NCBI GenBank assembly: GCA_035369785.1
Contig: DAOOUZ010000001.1
Span: 1-58,732 of the forward strand
DNA length: 58,732 nt
Source of the DNA: Candidatus Cryosericum sp.
Lineage (GTDB): Bacteria > Caldisericota > Caldisericia > Cryosericales > Cryosericaceae
Reading direction: 5' to 3'
Made by a program: the position numbers and the translations under genes. Position 1 is the stretch's first letter. Each line of letters starts with the position of its first letter. The notes under the pieces were generated by a model. The model was not told the DNA's origin and made no database searches. It saw only the letters and a program-made list of their open reading frames with translations. Positions 10,634-19,809 of the stretch are shown one piece after another.

Positions 10634-10715
10634 ACCTGCCTCCCCTAACGTATGCAATCGGCCATGCTGCTAGCAGCAGTATAGACAGGTAAGCACGTAC
10701 ATCTAGACGCTGGGT

Positions 10716-10985
10716 TTAGCAAGCAGAAAACTCCAGTGTGAATGTGGTCGTCTTTCCCGCGCAACCCAGCCGGGTGGCTGCCGGATCGACGCGCTGCAGT
10801 GCAGCCCTGGCAGAGCCTCTACCAGCCGTCGCGACTGTGTAGACACCGGGCTGAAGGGTCGCTTCGTACGGCACGCATGCCGCGGCCCACTGCTCGCTGC
10901 CGCCTAGCCGGAATGCCAGACAACCAAACCATGCGGAACCCGCCTGCATTGCGACGACGCGTACGAGTGCGAGAGGGGCACCCAA
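10716..10985 (-). pseudogene. Orphan copy of an ~85-aa beta-rich surface-protein domain
   Basis: VRVVAMQAGSAWFGCLAFRLGG...VPY...TTTFTLEFS aligns by eye with VSVVATLDGEPWSGAVQFSLNG...VPF...VTTFTLQYWS of the 12502..16329 protein; no signal peptide. Confidence 0.55.
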
Positions 10986-11346
10986 GTGCTCACGGGCCGA
11001 CGTGCGATGCCAGAAATGCCCGTGGAGGAAGTGAAACGACTTCTATCGGAACTGCGCAAACTGAAGAGCAAAGTCTTCCAGGAATGCGCACTAGTCGACG
11101 TGCAGCCGGAACAGCTGGAGGAAATCAGGGTTATCCTCGCAGGCTTCATGTCCTTCTTTGAGAGGCAGGACCGGCAGAGGCAGCAGGGAGTCATGCATAG
11201 GTTCATTCGCCGTATCGACGTCGGAGTTACTGACATAGTTGTACAATGGCGATTCTCGGAAACCGACTGCGTAGTCGGGCGGTCTGAAGTGAGTCCGAAA
11301 GCGAGAAAGAAGGGTGGTGGTCGTGTGGTGGAGATAAGGAGGATTG
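10986..11346 (+). pseudogene. Possible C-terminal remnant of a large serine recombinase
   Basis: Coiled coil followed by RQQGVMHRFIRRIDV...IVVQWRF, reading into a tRNA-3'-like sequence; no catalytic domain. Confidence 0.4.
11326..11346. repeat. Degenerate direct repeat of the tRNA-Ala 3' end (att-like)
   Basis: TGGTGGAGATAAGGAGGATTG vs TGGTGGAGATAGGGGGGCTCG at 16753-16773: first 11 bases identical, 17/21 overall. Confidence 0.5.
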
Positions 11347-11759
11347 GTGGGTCCTCACGACTCTCTGTTCATGCGCTAGTTAGCGCACTTCGGATGCGGT
11401 CGGCGGAGGCAACTCGTGCTTCGCAGGCGCAGGTCGAACGACTAGGAGCCCGCCCCAGGTAGAGCGGCGGTGATCTTGTGATGGAGATAGAGGCCCACGA
11501 ACGCGCTCCCGAACACCCGCCCGACCCAGGTGCAAAAGCAGTTGTGGACGCATTTGCAGATGCACTCTTGAGGGTTTGTTGTTCCAAGGGGTAGGTATGT
11601 TGAGATGGGAAGGGGGGAGAATGACCTGTAGCTCATTATTGGCGCTAGCGTATGGGCTGAGCTTCGAGCCGAACCCGGAGCGAGAGAAGGCTTGTTCATC
11701 TCCGGCGCCAGGGCAGGTCCCGGGAGCGCCAGCACTTCCCAAAAGATCTTCTGGTCCGT

Positions 11760-12164
11760 TTGCAGTCCCCTCCCGGCCTCGTTCACCATCGCCCCTGTGA
11801 CCGGCGCCTTCGGCACGGCCATCAACGCTCCAGGGGAGGGGAGGCGCTGCGGGGGGATGCCGCCGTTCCAGTCGCTTGGGAGACGACCGGCACCGTCTCG
11901 CTTCAGGTTGCTGCCTGTGCGGTCTACTACTCCGTCGATGGTTCCCTCTCCTGGGAGCTTGCCAGGACGACCGCTGCAACTCCCTTCGCCTGGACCGTTC
12001 CCCTCTGCCTCTCCTCGGCCCGCAGGCTCATGGTCGTGGCACGGGACGCCTACGGCGCTATTCTCGGAGGAGCTTCCTCCCCCGCTCCCTTCACCATCGC
12101 TCCGAGAGCCTCCTCTGATTCTCACCTGACCAGCCTGAGCCGATCAATCCCCGGGGCGGAGTAG
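11760..12164 (+). pseudogene. Frameshifted remnant of an Ig-like surface-protein domain
   Basis: PASFTIAP...INAPGEG in one frame continues as GEALRG..V.VAW...YYSVDG..SW...FAWTVP...RLMVVARD..G...PAPFTIAP in another; switch at the G-rich run about 11833-11845. Confidence 0.5.
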
Positions 12165-12302
12165 GTATCTATTCCCCTGCGCTTGCGCATTGCATTTGTC
12201 GTCGACAGCGATATGCTTTACATCACATAGACCTTAGGAACCTGTGAGACAATCGTTGACATCGACGGCATATGCTTGTAGCACTTCTGAGAGGGGAGAG
12301 GA

Positions 12303-12479
12303 ATGAGCAAGCATCAGCAGTGTGTCGCTTCCATCCTGATCGTGACGGCAATCGTGCCTGGTTTATTCATGCCGATGCTGCTTGTACACACGAAGGTCAC
12401 GGTCGCCGCCGAACCTCCCCAGGTCAAGAGAGTCCATCTTGACACTGCAGTAGCGACGAGCGCGCATCTAGGGGGGTGA
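12303..12479 (+). other. 58-aa ORF consisting mostly of a signal-peptide-like sequence
   Basis: GAGGGGAGAGGA RBS; MSKHQQCVASILIVTAIVPGLFMPMLLVHTKVTVAAEPPQ...LGG stop. Confidence 0.35.
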
Positions 12480-12501
12480 TAGTCATGGGGAGGAAAGCGA
12501 A

Positions 12502-15500
12502 ATGAGGAGATGGCTGCGGCTGTTTCTGGTCAGTATCTTGATTGCAGCGGTGACTTCTGGGAGCGGCCTCGGCCTCGCCCAAGCACACACACCTGCTGAG
12601 CGTGACGCGGCGTTCTCTGTGGCGGCTGTGCAAGCCGGCGGAGCAAACCCAGACCTTGTTCGCTCGTTTGTCGACGACAGCGGACGTCAGGTGGATGAAC
12701 TTGTGATATCGGGCAGGCCGCCCGCTGTGAAGGCACAGGTGGCGAGTGATCCTGAGCCCCGTGTGGATGGGAGTAGAAACGCCCTGACGAATGTGCCAGC
12801 TTTTGACTGGTCCTACGGGTGTTCAGCGACAGCTGCAGCTATGCTGTTTGGGTACTATGACAACACCGGGTATCCGAACATGTACACGGGGTCCACGAAT
12901 GGCGGGCTATGCCCCATGACCAATGCCGCATGGGGTTCTGGTGAGTGCCCTATCAGCGCATCTCATGAGGGCATCGATGGACGTGCAACGAGGGGACATG
13001 TCGATGACTACTGGGTGGAATATTACAGCACCGCTCAGGATCCATACATTGGCCATTGGTCTGAGCATGCCCCCCTTGACTGCGCGGCGGATTTCATGGG
13101 CACGAACCAGTCCAAGTACGGCAATAGCGATGGGAGCACTACGTTCTACTTCAACTCGAGTGGCCTTCCTCTCTCGGATTACGTCGCTCCCGATGGGAAG
13201 ATGGACGGTTGCCACGGCATGCGCCTTTCGGCAGAGTCCCACGGGTACACGGTTACGGCGAACTTCTCGCAGTACATCGATGCCGGACCGCTCGGGAAAG
13301 CGGGCGGATTCACGTTCAACCAATTCAAAGCCGAGATCGATGCCGGCAGGCCCCTGATTGTCCACGTGAAGAACCATTCAATGCTTGGATATGGGTACGA
13401 TAGCACGAATCAGACCATCTATGTTCATGACACGTGGGACTACTCGTCCCATACAATGATCTGGGGTGGCACTTACTCTGGTGACAACCTGCAGCAGTAC
13501 GCCGTCACTGTCATTCGCCTGGCTCCAGCCGGTCCCAGCCACACCTTGAAGACGTCCGTTTCACCCGTTGCCGGGGGCACGATCGTGGAGTCCCCTAGTC
13601 TGTCCTCATATCCATCTGGAACGGTTGTGACGCTCACGGCCGTCGCTGCCACTGGCTATGCGTTCTCCAGCTGGTCTGGCGATGTAGGCGGTTCGGTGAA
13701 CCCAGTGACCATCACGATGGACGCTGACAAGACCGTGACGGCGACATTTGCGACAGTCCCCACATACACACTCACTGTTGCGCCATCAGAACACGGAACC
13801 GTTACGCGCAGCCCTGACCAGACCGCGTACAACGCGGGGAGTGTTGTCACGGTACGGGCTGCTGCCGCTCAAGGCTATGCTTTCGGCGGCTGGTCTGGAG
13901 ACCTGAGTGGGTCAGCGAATCCCACGACGATCACGATGACCAAAGACAAGAACATTGCAGCAACGTTCACGGCGCTGCCCTCGTATACGCTTACGACGAC
14001 GGTGTCTCCTGGATCCGGAGGAACGGTTTCCCGGTCACCGGCGGGATCGTCGTATCTCTCAGGTACTACTGTCACCCTTACGGCTTCGGCCGCCGCCGGC
14101 TATACGTTCACGGGCTGGTCTGGTGACCTGACAGGGTCGGCGAACCCCGCGACGCTTGTGATGAACGGTGACAAGGCAGTTACAGCCGTTTTCGCAGCCG
14201 ACACATCCATGTTCGCGCTGACAGTGAACATCACGGGCTCAGGAACGGTGGCGAGATCCCCAGACCAGTCCTCGTATCTTTCGGGAACGTCCGTCACACT
14301 TGTGGCCACTCCTGCAAACGGCTACGTCTTCTCGGGCTGGACCGGCGATCTCACTGGAGCTACGAATCCTGCGACGATCACCATGACCCGGAACAAGGTT
14401 GTCGGGGCAGTCTTCTCGGCGATACCTGCATACCTTCTCACATTGACGGTTTCACCGCTAGGTGGAGGTTCGATCACCAGCGATCCAGACCAGACCTCGT
14501 ACTTTTCGGGAACGGTCGTCACGCTTACTGCCATCCCTGCCGTCGGCTATGCGTTCAGCCATTGGTCAGGGAACCTCAGTGGTACGTCAAACCCTGCGAC
14601 GATCACGATGACAGGCAACAGAGCCGTAGGAGCGGTCTTCACGGCACTACCAACATATGCACTGACAGTGACATCTTCGCCGCTGGCGGGGGGTTCGGTC
14701 GAGAAGAACCCCGACCAATCGTCGTACTTCTCCGGCGCGATCGTGACCCTCTTGGCAGTCCCTGCCTCGGGATATGTTTTCACTGGCTGGTCTGGAGGGC
14801 TGACAGGACACACGAACCCGTCGACCATCACAATGAATGCAAACAAGAGCGTGACCGCCATGTTCGCTGTCGCGCCTGCACGCACTCTGAAAGTGGGCGT
14901 GGTAGGATCCGGCTATGTCACAAAGTCACCGAACCTCTCCTCATATCTCTCCGGAACCTCGGTTACTTTGACGGCCGTACCTCTTCCTGGCTATGCATTC
15001 ACAGGTTGGTCCGGGGACCTCACAGGTCTGACGAACCCGACGACGATCGTGATGGATGTCGACAAGTCGATCACCGCAACGTTCGCTGCCGTTCACACAT
15101 ACGCGCTCACAGTCACGTCATCAGGCCGTGGTACGGTGGTGCGTAGCCCTGATCTGCCTTCGTACTCCCCTGGCTCGACTGTCACCCTCACTGCCAGCGC
15201 TGCAGCAGGCTATGCTTTTTCAGGCTGGTCCGGGGACCTCACAGGTCTGACGAACCCGACGACGATCGTGATGGATGGGGACAAGACCGTAGCTGCAACC
15301 TTCGAGGTTGTCCCTCCTGGTTCGGTGAGCGTGGTCGCGACATTGGATGGAGAGCCCTGGTCTGGAGCCGTGCAGTTCAGCTTGAATGGTGACTCGTCAA
15401 GCATCACCGGGTCTTCTGTGCCTTTCCGGAGAGACGGTGTGGCCGTGGGGTCGCTCAGCATTGATGTGACAGGAGGCCCCGGGGGGAAGGTTCTCCGCTA

Positions 15501-16329
15501 TGTTCCATCCAGGATCCAGGAGGTGGCCTCGAACGCGGTCACCACATTCACTCTCCAGTACTGGAGTGAAGCTAGTATGCCCGGCGACGTTACCATCACT
15601 GCGCCGCTTCCGGGAGATGTCGTTGGTGACAGCATAGACGTGGAGGGTACCGCGTATGGAACCCCGCCCTCGGGTAGCCTCCTTACCGTTACGGCGAGGA
15701 CTCTTCCATCGGGAACGCCGGTACTAGTTGTCGATAGCATGCAGGTGGATCCCGTTGTTCAGATGTGGTCGGGGACTCTGGCTGCTTCTGCCTTGGGCCT
15801 TACTGAGCCCTGTGATGTCGAAGTGCTTGCCAGCCTCTCTGGGTTCCCTTTGGGGACTGAGACACGAATCACCATTCATTGGGCCCCTGAGAGCGCTCGC
15901 GTTCTGTCGCTGAAGGCAGGATGGAATCTGGTGGGGGTGAGTTCATTGGCACCTCTTGCCGCGGTGCCCGGATTCCTGCAGTGTTTTGGCTACAGAAATG
16001 GGTGGTCGGTTTTGGGAACAGCAGACGCAATGCAACCCGGTTTCGGCTACTGGGTGCAGGTGGCCGACGATGTTGATGTGGTGCTGCCCGGCTTGGAGGC
16101 AAGTAGCCCTGTCTCACTGGACTACGAGGCCGGTTGGCAGCTCTTGGGGAACCCCTTCGACATCCCCCTTCCCGTCACGAGCATCACCAACCATACTTTC
16201 ATCATGACCTGCTACTCGTATGATGCGGGCTGGGGTATCGTCAACCCAGCTACGGACAGTCTCCAGCCAGGCAAGGGGTACTGGGTCAACCTGTCTGCTG
16301 CCACGACCCTGACGCTCATGCATCCCTGA
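12502..16329 (+). CDS. Secreted 1275-aa protein: papain-like (C10/C39-like) domain, 8 InlB-B/bacterial repeats, Ig-like domains, C-terminal GWNL repeats
   Basis: Signal peptide; YGCSATAAAMLFGYYD / HSMLGYGY / VHDTWD (Cys-His-Asp); eight ~73-aa repeats GxxVTLTAxxxxGYxFxGWSGD; LKAGWNLVG and EAGWQLLGNP...PGxGYWV. Confidence 0.9.
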   Translation: MRRWLRLFLVSILIAAVTSGSGLGLAQAHTPAERDAAFSVAAVQAGGANPDLVRSFVDDSGRQVDELVISGRPPAVKAQVASDPEPRVDGSRNALTNVPAFDWSYGCSATAAAMLFGYYDNTGYPNMYTGSTNGGLCPMTNAAWGSGECPISASHEGIDGRATRGHVDDYWVEYYSTAQDPYIGHWSEHAPLDCAADFMGTNQSKYGNSDGSTTFYFNSSGLPLSDYVAPDGKMDGCHGMRLSAESHGYTVTANFSQYIDAGPLGKAGGFTFNQFKAEIDAGRPLIVHVKNHSMLGYGYDSTNQTIYVHDTWDYSSHTMIWGGTYSGDNLQQYAVTVIRLAPAGPSHTLKTSVSPVAGGTIVESPSLSSYPSGTVVTLTAVAATGYAFSSWSGDVGGSVNPVTITMDADKTVTATFATVPTYTLTVAPSEHGTVTRSPDQTAYNAGSVVTVRAAAAQGYAFGGWSGDLSGSANPTTITMTKDKNIAATFTALPSYTLTTTVSPGSGGTVSRSPAGSSYLSGTTVTLTASAAAGYTFTGWSGDLTGSANPATLVMNGDKAVTAVFAADTSMFALTVNITGSGTVARSPDQSSYLSGTSVTLVATPANGYVFSGWTGDLTGATNPATITMTRNKVVGAVFSAIPAYLLTLTVSPLGGGSITSDPDQTSYFSGTVVTLTAIPAVGYAFSHWSGNLSGTSNPATITMTGNRAVGAVFTALPTYALTVTSSPLAGGSVEKNPDQSSYFSGAIVTLLAVPASGYVFTGWSGGLTGHTNPSTITMNANKSVTAMFAVAPARTLKVGVVGSGYVTKSPNLSSYLSGTSVTLTAVPLPGYAFTGWSGDLTGLTNPTTIVMDVDKSITATFAAVHTYALTVTSSGRGTVVRSPDLPSYSPGSTVTLTASAAAGYAFSGWSGDLTGLTNPTTIVMDGDKTVAATFEVVPPGSVSVVATLDGEPWSGAVQFSLNGDSSSITGSSVPFRRDGVAVGSLSIDVTGGPGGKVLRYVPSRIQEVASNAVTTFTLQYWSEASMPGDVTITAPLPGDVVGDSIDVEGTAYGTPPSGSLLTVTARTLPSGTPVLVVDSMQVDPVVQMWSGTLAASALGLTEPCDVEVLASLSGFPLGTETRITIHWAPESARVLSLKAGWNLVGVSSLAPLAAVPGFLQCFGYRNGWSVLGTADAMQPGFGYWVQVADDVDVVLPGLEASSPVSLDYEAGWQLLGNPFDIPLPVTSITNHTFIMTCYSYDAGWGIVNPATDSLQPGKGYWVNLSAATTLTLMHP
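15007..15277 (+). repeat. Identical 52-bp direct repeat shared by protein repeats 7 and 8
   Basis: 15007-15058 equals 15226-15277 (TGGTCCGGGGACCTCACAGGTCTGACGAACCCGACGACGATCGTGATGGATG). Confidence 0.9.
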
Positions 16330-16752
16330 TAACGGCAATAGACCAACATGCTGAACTATCTCCTCTCCCCTGGAGCAATCCGGGGGAGAAGTTGTTTGTG
16401 GGAGGACCATCCACCACTGGATGTGGAGACGCAGGTCGTATGCAGGCCGACGATCCATCTACGGGTCTACGGGAGGGGGTGGGCGAATGCGCTACGACAG
16501 GGCGAAGAGGCAGCCTCCGAACCATCGACGTTCCACCCAGTACTGACGTCGTCGTGTCGGAGCATACATGGACAGCTTCACCCTTGGCATCGACGCTATG
16601 GGCGCATGTGGGCCGCAAGCGCGCGGTCGTCGGAACCTGGGGGTGATGATGCTCCAGCGCACTCCACGGAACAGATCCATGGCCGGATGGAGATGGACTC
16701 GGAAGGTCCCGTGCTGGCAGAAGTGGGGCTGGAAACGCAGTGTTTATGCACT

Positions 16753-16828
16753 TGGTGGAGATAGGGGGGCTCGAACCCCCGACCTCCTGCATGCCATGCA
16801 GGCGCTCTCCCAGCTGAGCTATATCCCC
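16753..16828 (-). tRNA. tRNA-Ala(GGC)
   Basis: GGGGATATAGCTCAGCTGGGAGAGCG CCTGC-AT GGC AT-GCAGG AGGTCGGGGGTTCGAGCCCCCCTATCTCCACCA, 76 nt. Confidence 0.98.
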
Positions 16829-16851
16829 ACGTGAAGGAGTCGTACCGACAA

Positions 16852-16879
16852 AGTATAGCGGGAAGAGTAGAGGTGTCAA
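16852..16879 (-). promoter_or_regulatory. Sigma70-type promoter of tRNA-Ala
   Basis: TTGACA-16 nt-TATACT on the minus strand. Confidence 0.65.
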
Positions 16880-16955
16880 CCACCGATGCGCACTATGCAG
16901 AGCGCCGCGGCGCGCTACTATGACTCTTGGGTCTGCTGTTGGCAGGGAGGTGCCC

Positions 16956-17420
16956 ATGAGAGCAGTAGTACAGCGGGTGACCAGTGCAAGCGTCAGTGTG
17001 GACGGCAAAGAGGTTGGGCGTATTGGAGGTGGGCTGCTGGTGCTGTTGGGCGTTGCTTCGGACGACAGCCAGCAGGATGTTGCGTACATGGCTCGCAAGC
17101 TCATCGGGCTTCGCATCTTTGAGGACAAGGGCGGGATGATGAACCGTTCCATCATGGACACAGGCGGGTCAGTACTGGTCGTCAGTCAGTTCACACTGTA
17201 TGGCGATGTCACGCGCGGCAACAGGCCCAGTTTCACGCGCGCGGCGAAGGGCACCGTGGCCACCAGTTTGTACGAGGACCTCTGTTCTGGTTTGAGAACG
17301 GCAGGCTGCGACGTGCAGACGGGAGTTTTCGGAGCCCACATGCTGGTGACGCTGGTGAACGATGGCCCGGTGACCATTATCATCGACAGTGCCGAGCGAA
17401 GGTCACAGATGTCATCGTAG
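16956..17420 (+). CDS. dtd: D-aminoacyl-tRNA deacylase
   Basis: MRAVVQRV, SQFTLYGD, GNRPSF, NDGPVT. Confidence 0.97.
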   Translation: MRAVVQRVTSASVSVDGKEVGRIGGGLLVLLGVASDDSQQDVAYMARKLIGLRIFEDKGGMMNRSIMDTGGSVLVVSQFTLYGDVTRGNRPSFTRAAKGTVATSLYEDLCSGLRTAGCDVQTGVFGAHMLVTLVNDGPVTIIIDSAERRSQMSS

Positions 17421-17437
17421 TCGCCATCGAGCAATGA

Positions 17438-17471
17438 ACAGGGGGCCGGAGTGTGAACTCCGGCCCCCTGT
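17438..17471. terminator. Hairpin between convergent dtd and gabT
   Basis: ACAGGGGGCCGGAGT-GTGA-ACTCCGGCCCCCTGT. Confidence 0.75.
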
Positions 17472-17497
17472 GGTCAGTCCGAACAGTATAGAGGGTT

Positions 17498-18814
17498 TCA
17501 GCGCGACGCGTTGGCGTGGGCTACGGCTGTCTCCATGACGGCAAATGCTTCATTCAGCTGGTCATCGGTAATCTCAAGCGACACAAGCATGCGGATGCAG
17601 TTTCCATAAATGCCAGAGCCGGCGACCAGGACACCATTTCGCACACATTCCTTGATAATCTCACCGTTGAGTTGAGTGGCAGGCTCTCTGGTAGTACGGT
17701 CCTTGACGAATTCTATTGCCTGCATGGCACCGATGCCACGGACGTCCCCGATGATCTCATACTTGTCCTTCCAGACATCCCAGTGAGACCGGATAAGCTT
17801 GCCAAGAGCGACTGCGCGGTCCAGCAGGTGTTCATCCTGAATGATGTCGATGACCTCTGACGCAGCGCGGCACGCGACGGGGTTGCCCACATAGGTGCCA
17901 CCAATGCTGCTGCCTGGTAGCTTGTCCATGATGTCCTTGCGGGCAATGACAGCCGAGAGCGGCATTCCTGCCGCGAGGGACTTTGCCGAGCAGATCATGT
18001 CAGGAGCAACGTCCCAGTTTTCAATCGAGAAGAACTTGCCAGTGCGGCCCGCCCCTGCCTGGATCTCGTCCGCGACGAGAAGAATGCCGTATTTCTTGGA
18101 AACCTCGCGGAGCATCTCCAGGAAGCCGTCAGAGGGAACTCGGAACCCGCCCTCTCCCTGGATCGGCTCGACGACGATGCAGGCAACTGTAGAAGGGTCC
18201 ACATAGGTCGTCAGGAGTCTCTCCCATTCGTCGACCTCGATGGTCGGGTGATACGGGGTAATGAACGGCATGCGGTACACGTCAGAGGCAAACGGACCAA
18301 AACCGACCTTGTAGGGCTTCGCCTTGTGCGTCATCGTCATGGTCAGCAGCGTGCGACCGTGAAAAGCACGGTCAAAGACGACGACCCCAGATCGGCCGGT
18401 CGTGTGACGTGCTATCTTGACGGCGTTCTCAATAGCCTCTGCCCCGCTGTTGAACAGCGCCACAGATTTATCAAAGGTACCCGGGGCAAGACGGGCCAGC
18501 TTCTCACAGACCGCAACGTATGGTTCATAGGGAACCGAGGTGAAGTCCGTGTGCAGGAAACGGTCAGCCTGATCCTTGATCGCGGCGACAACGCGAGGGT
18601 GGGAGTGTCCTACTGCCATGCAACCCCAGCCGCCGGTGAGATCGATGAAGGTGTTTCCGTCAACGTCTGTCACTAGTGCGCCATGTCCCTCTGCAATCCA
18701 TGCAGGCGAAAGCGCATCGCACATCGGCGCTGCCACGACGGCAGCCTCGCGCTTGCTGAGTTCGAGGGACTTCGGTCCCGGGATTGCAGTCTTGAGTGAA
18801 ATGAACTGTGCCAC
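17498..18814 (-). CDS. gabT: 4-aminobutyrate aminotransferase (class III PLP)
   Basis: DVDGNTFID, NSGAEAIENAVKIAR, EPIQGEGGF, ADEIQAGAGRTG, AKSLAAGMPLS; GTG start after GGGAGG. Confidence 0.88.
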   Translation of the reverse strand: MAQFISLKTAIPGPKSLELSKREAAVVAAPMCDALSPAWIAEGHGALVTDVDGNTFIDLTGGWGCMAVGHSHPRVVAAIKDQADRFLHTDFTSVPYEPYVAVCEKLARLAPGTFDKSVALFNSGAEAIENAVKIARHTTGRSGVVVFDRAFHGRTLLTMTMTHKAKPYKVGFGPFASDVYRMPFITPYHPTIEVDEWERLLTTYVDPSTVACIVVEPIQGEGGFRVPSDGFLEMLREVSKKYGILLVADEIQAGAGRTGKFFSIENWDVAPDMICSAKSLAAGMPLSAVIARKDIMDKLPGSSIGGTYVGNPVACRAASEVIDIIQDEHLLDRAVALGKLIRSHWDVWKDKYEIIGDVRGIGAMQAIEFVKDRTTREPATQLNGEIIKECVRNGVLVAGSGIYGNCIRMLVSLEITDDQLNEAFAVMETAVAHANASR

Positions 18815-19056
18815 GATTACCTCCCTTTCCTTCTCCATGAAAACGGCTTACAACGACGTTTTCTCGGGTACTCTCAGGATACCGCGACCTAGAGTGTTGT
18901 CAACAAACTCTGGGTACAATGAGCTCTGCAGGCCGCGCCTGGATCGGCGACCGCCCACCTGGTCGACTCTCGCCGCTTGTCGAGCCTCTCGATTGACGTA
19001 TCATGAGAGTGTCCGCGCAGATATGTGACCACGTTGCGGCGAAAGGATGCAGTTCC

Positions 19057-19785
19057 ATGCTGATACTAGGGCACAGGGGTGAGCCGCGACTGGCTCCAGA
19101 GAACACGCTTGCGTCCTTTGTGTTGGTCCGCGATGACCTGAGCCGTGGCGTTGGAGGGGCAGAGTGCGACGTCCAGATGACCAAGGACGGCGAACTCGTG
19201 GTTATCCATGACGAGACTGTTGACCGAACCACGGACGGGACGGGCTGGGTCAAGGACCTGACGCTCCAGCAGATTCGCACGCTGAACGCGGCCAGTCGTT
19301 TTCCGGGTTCCTCCCGTCACGAAAGGGTTCCGACGATGTCCGAGGTTCTGGGGTTGTTTGACGGCACGGGCGCGGTCCTGAACATTGAGCTCAAGAACTC
19401 CAAGGTCCCCTATGACGGCATGGAGGAACGGCTTCTCCGGCTTGTCGACCAGTACCATGTCACGGTGATGTTCTCTTCCTTCAACCATGACAGCATGGGT
19501 CTCGTCAGGGCTCTTGACACTTCCTCATGGACGGGGCTCCTGTACAACCCGTGGCTCAGAGCACCCGACGTTGTCGCTGCTGCGCGCAAGCAGCGTGCGA
19601 GTGCCGTGCATCCGTTCTATCTCAATGCAACCGGCCGCCTTGTCCAGCAGCTTCATGCCGCGGGCGTAGCGGTTGCGCCGTGGACGGTTGACACTGGGGT
19701 AGCACTCAGGCGCAATGCCCGTCTGGGCGTTGACACGATCATTACCAACAATCCTCGAGCGGCACTTGTGGCGCTTGCGCCGTAA
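19057..19785 (+). CDS. glpQ: Glycerophosphodiester phosphodiesterase
   Basis: GHRG...PENTL.SF, ECDVQMTKDG, IHD.TVDRTT, NIELK, WTVD, IITN.P. Confidence 0.93.
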   Translation: MLILGHRGEPRLAPENTLASFVLVRDDLSRGVGGAECDVQMTKDGELVVIHDETVDRTTDGTGWVKDLTLQQIRTLNAASRFPGSSRHERVPTMSEVLGLFDGTGAVLNIELKNSKVPYDGMEERLLRLVDQYHVTVMFSSFNHDSMGLVRALDTSSWTGLLYNPWLRAPDVVAAARKQRASAVHPFYLNATGRLVQQLHAAGVAVAPWTVDTGVALRRNARLGVDTIITNNPRAALVALAP

Positions 19786-19809
19786 CGAGAAATTGGAGGG
19801 GGATACCCG

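Noticed and set aside
13540-15305. Periodic repeats as a CRISPR array or DGR template/variable pair
   Set aside because: They are in-frame ~220-bp protein repeats; no spacers, cas genes, reverse transcriptase or adenine-specific mismatches.
16316-17161. 281-aa minus ORF and 16348..16764 plus ORF
   Set aside because: They overlap tRNA-Ala (and dtd for the longer one) and have no recognisable motifs.
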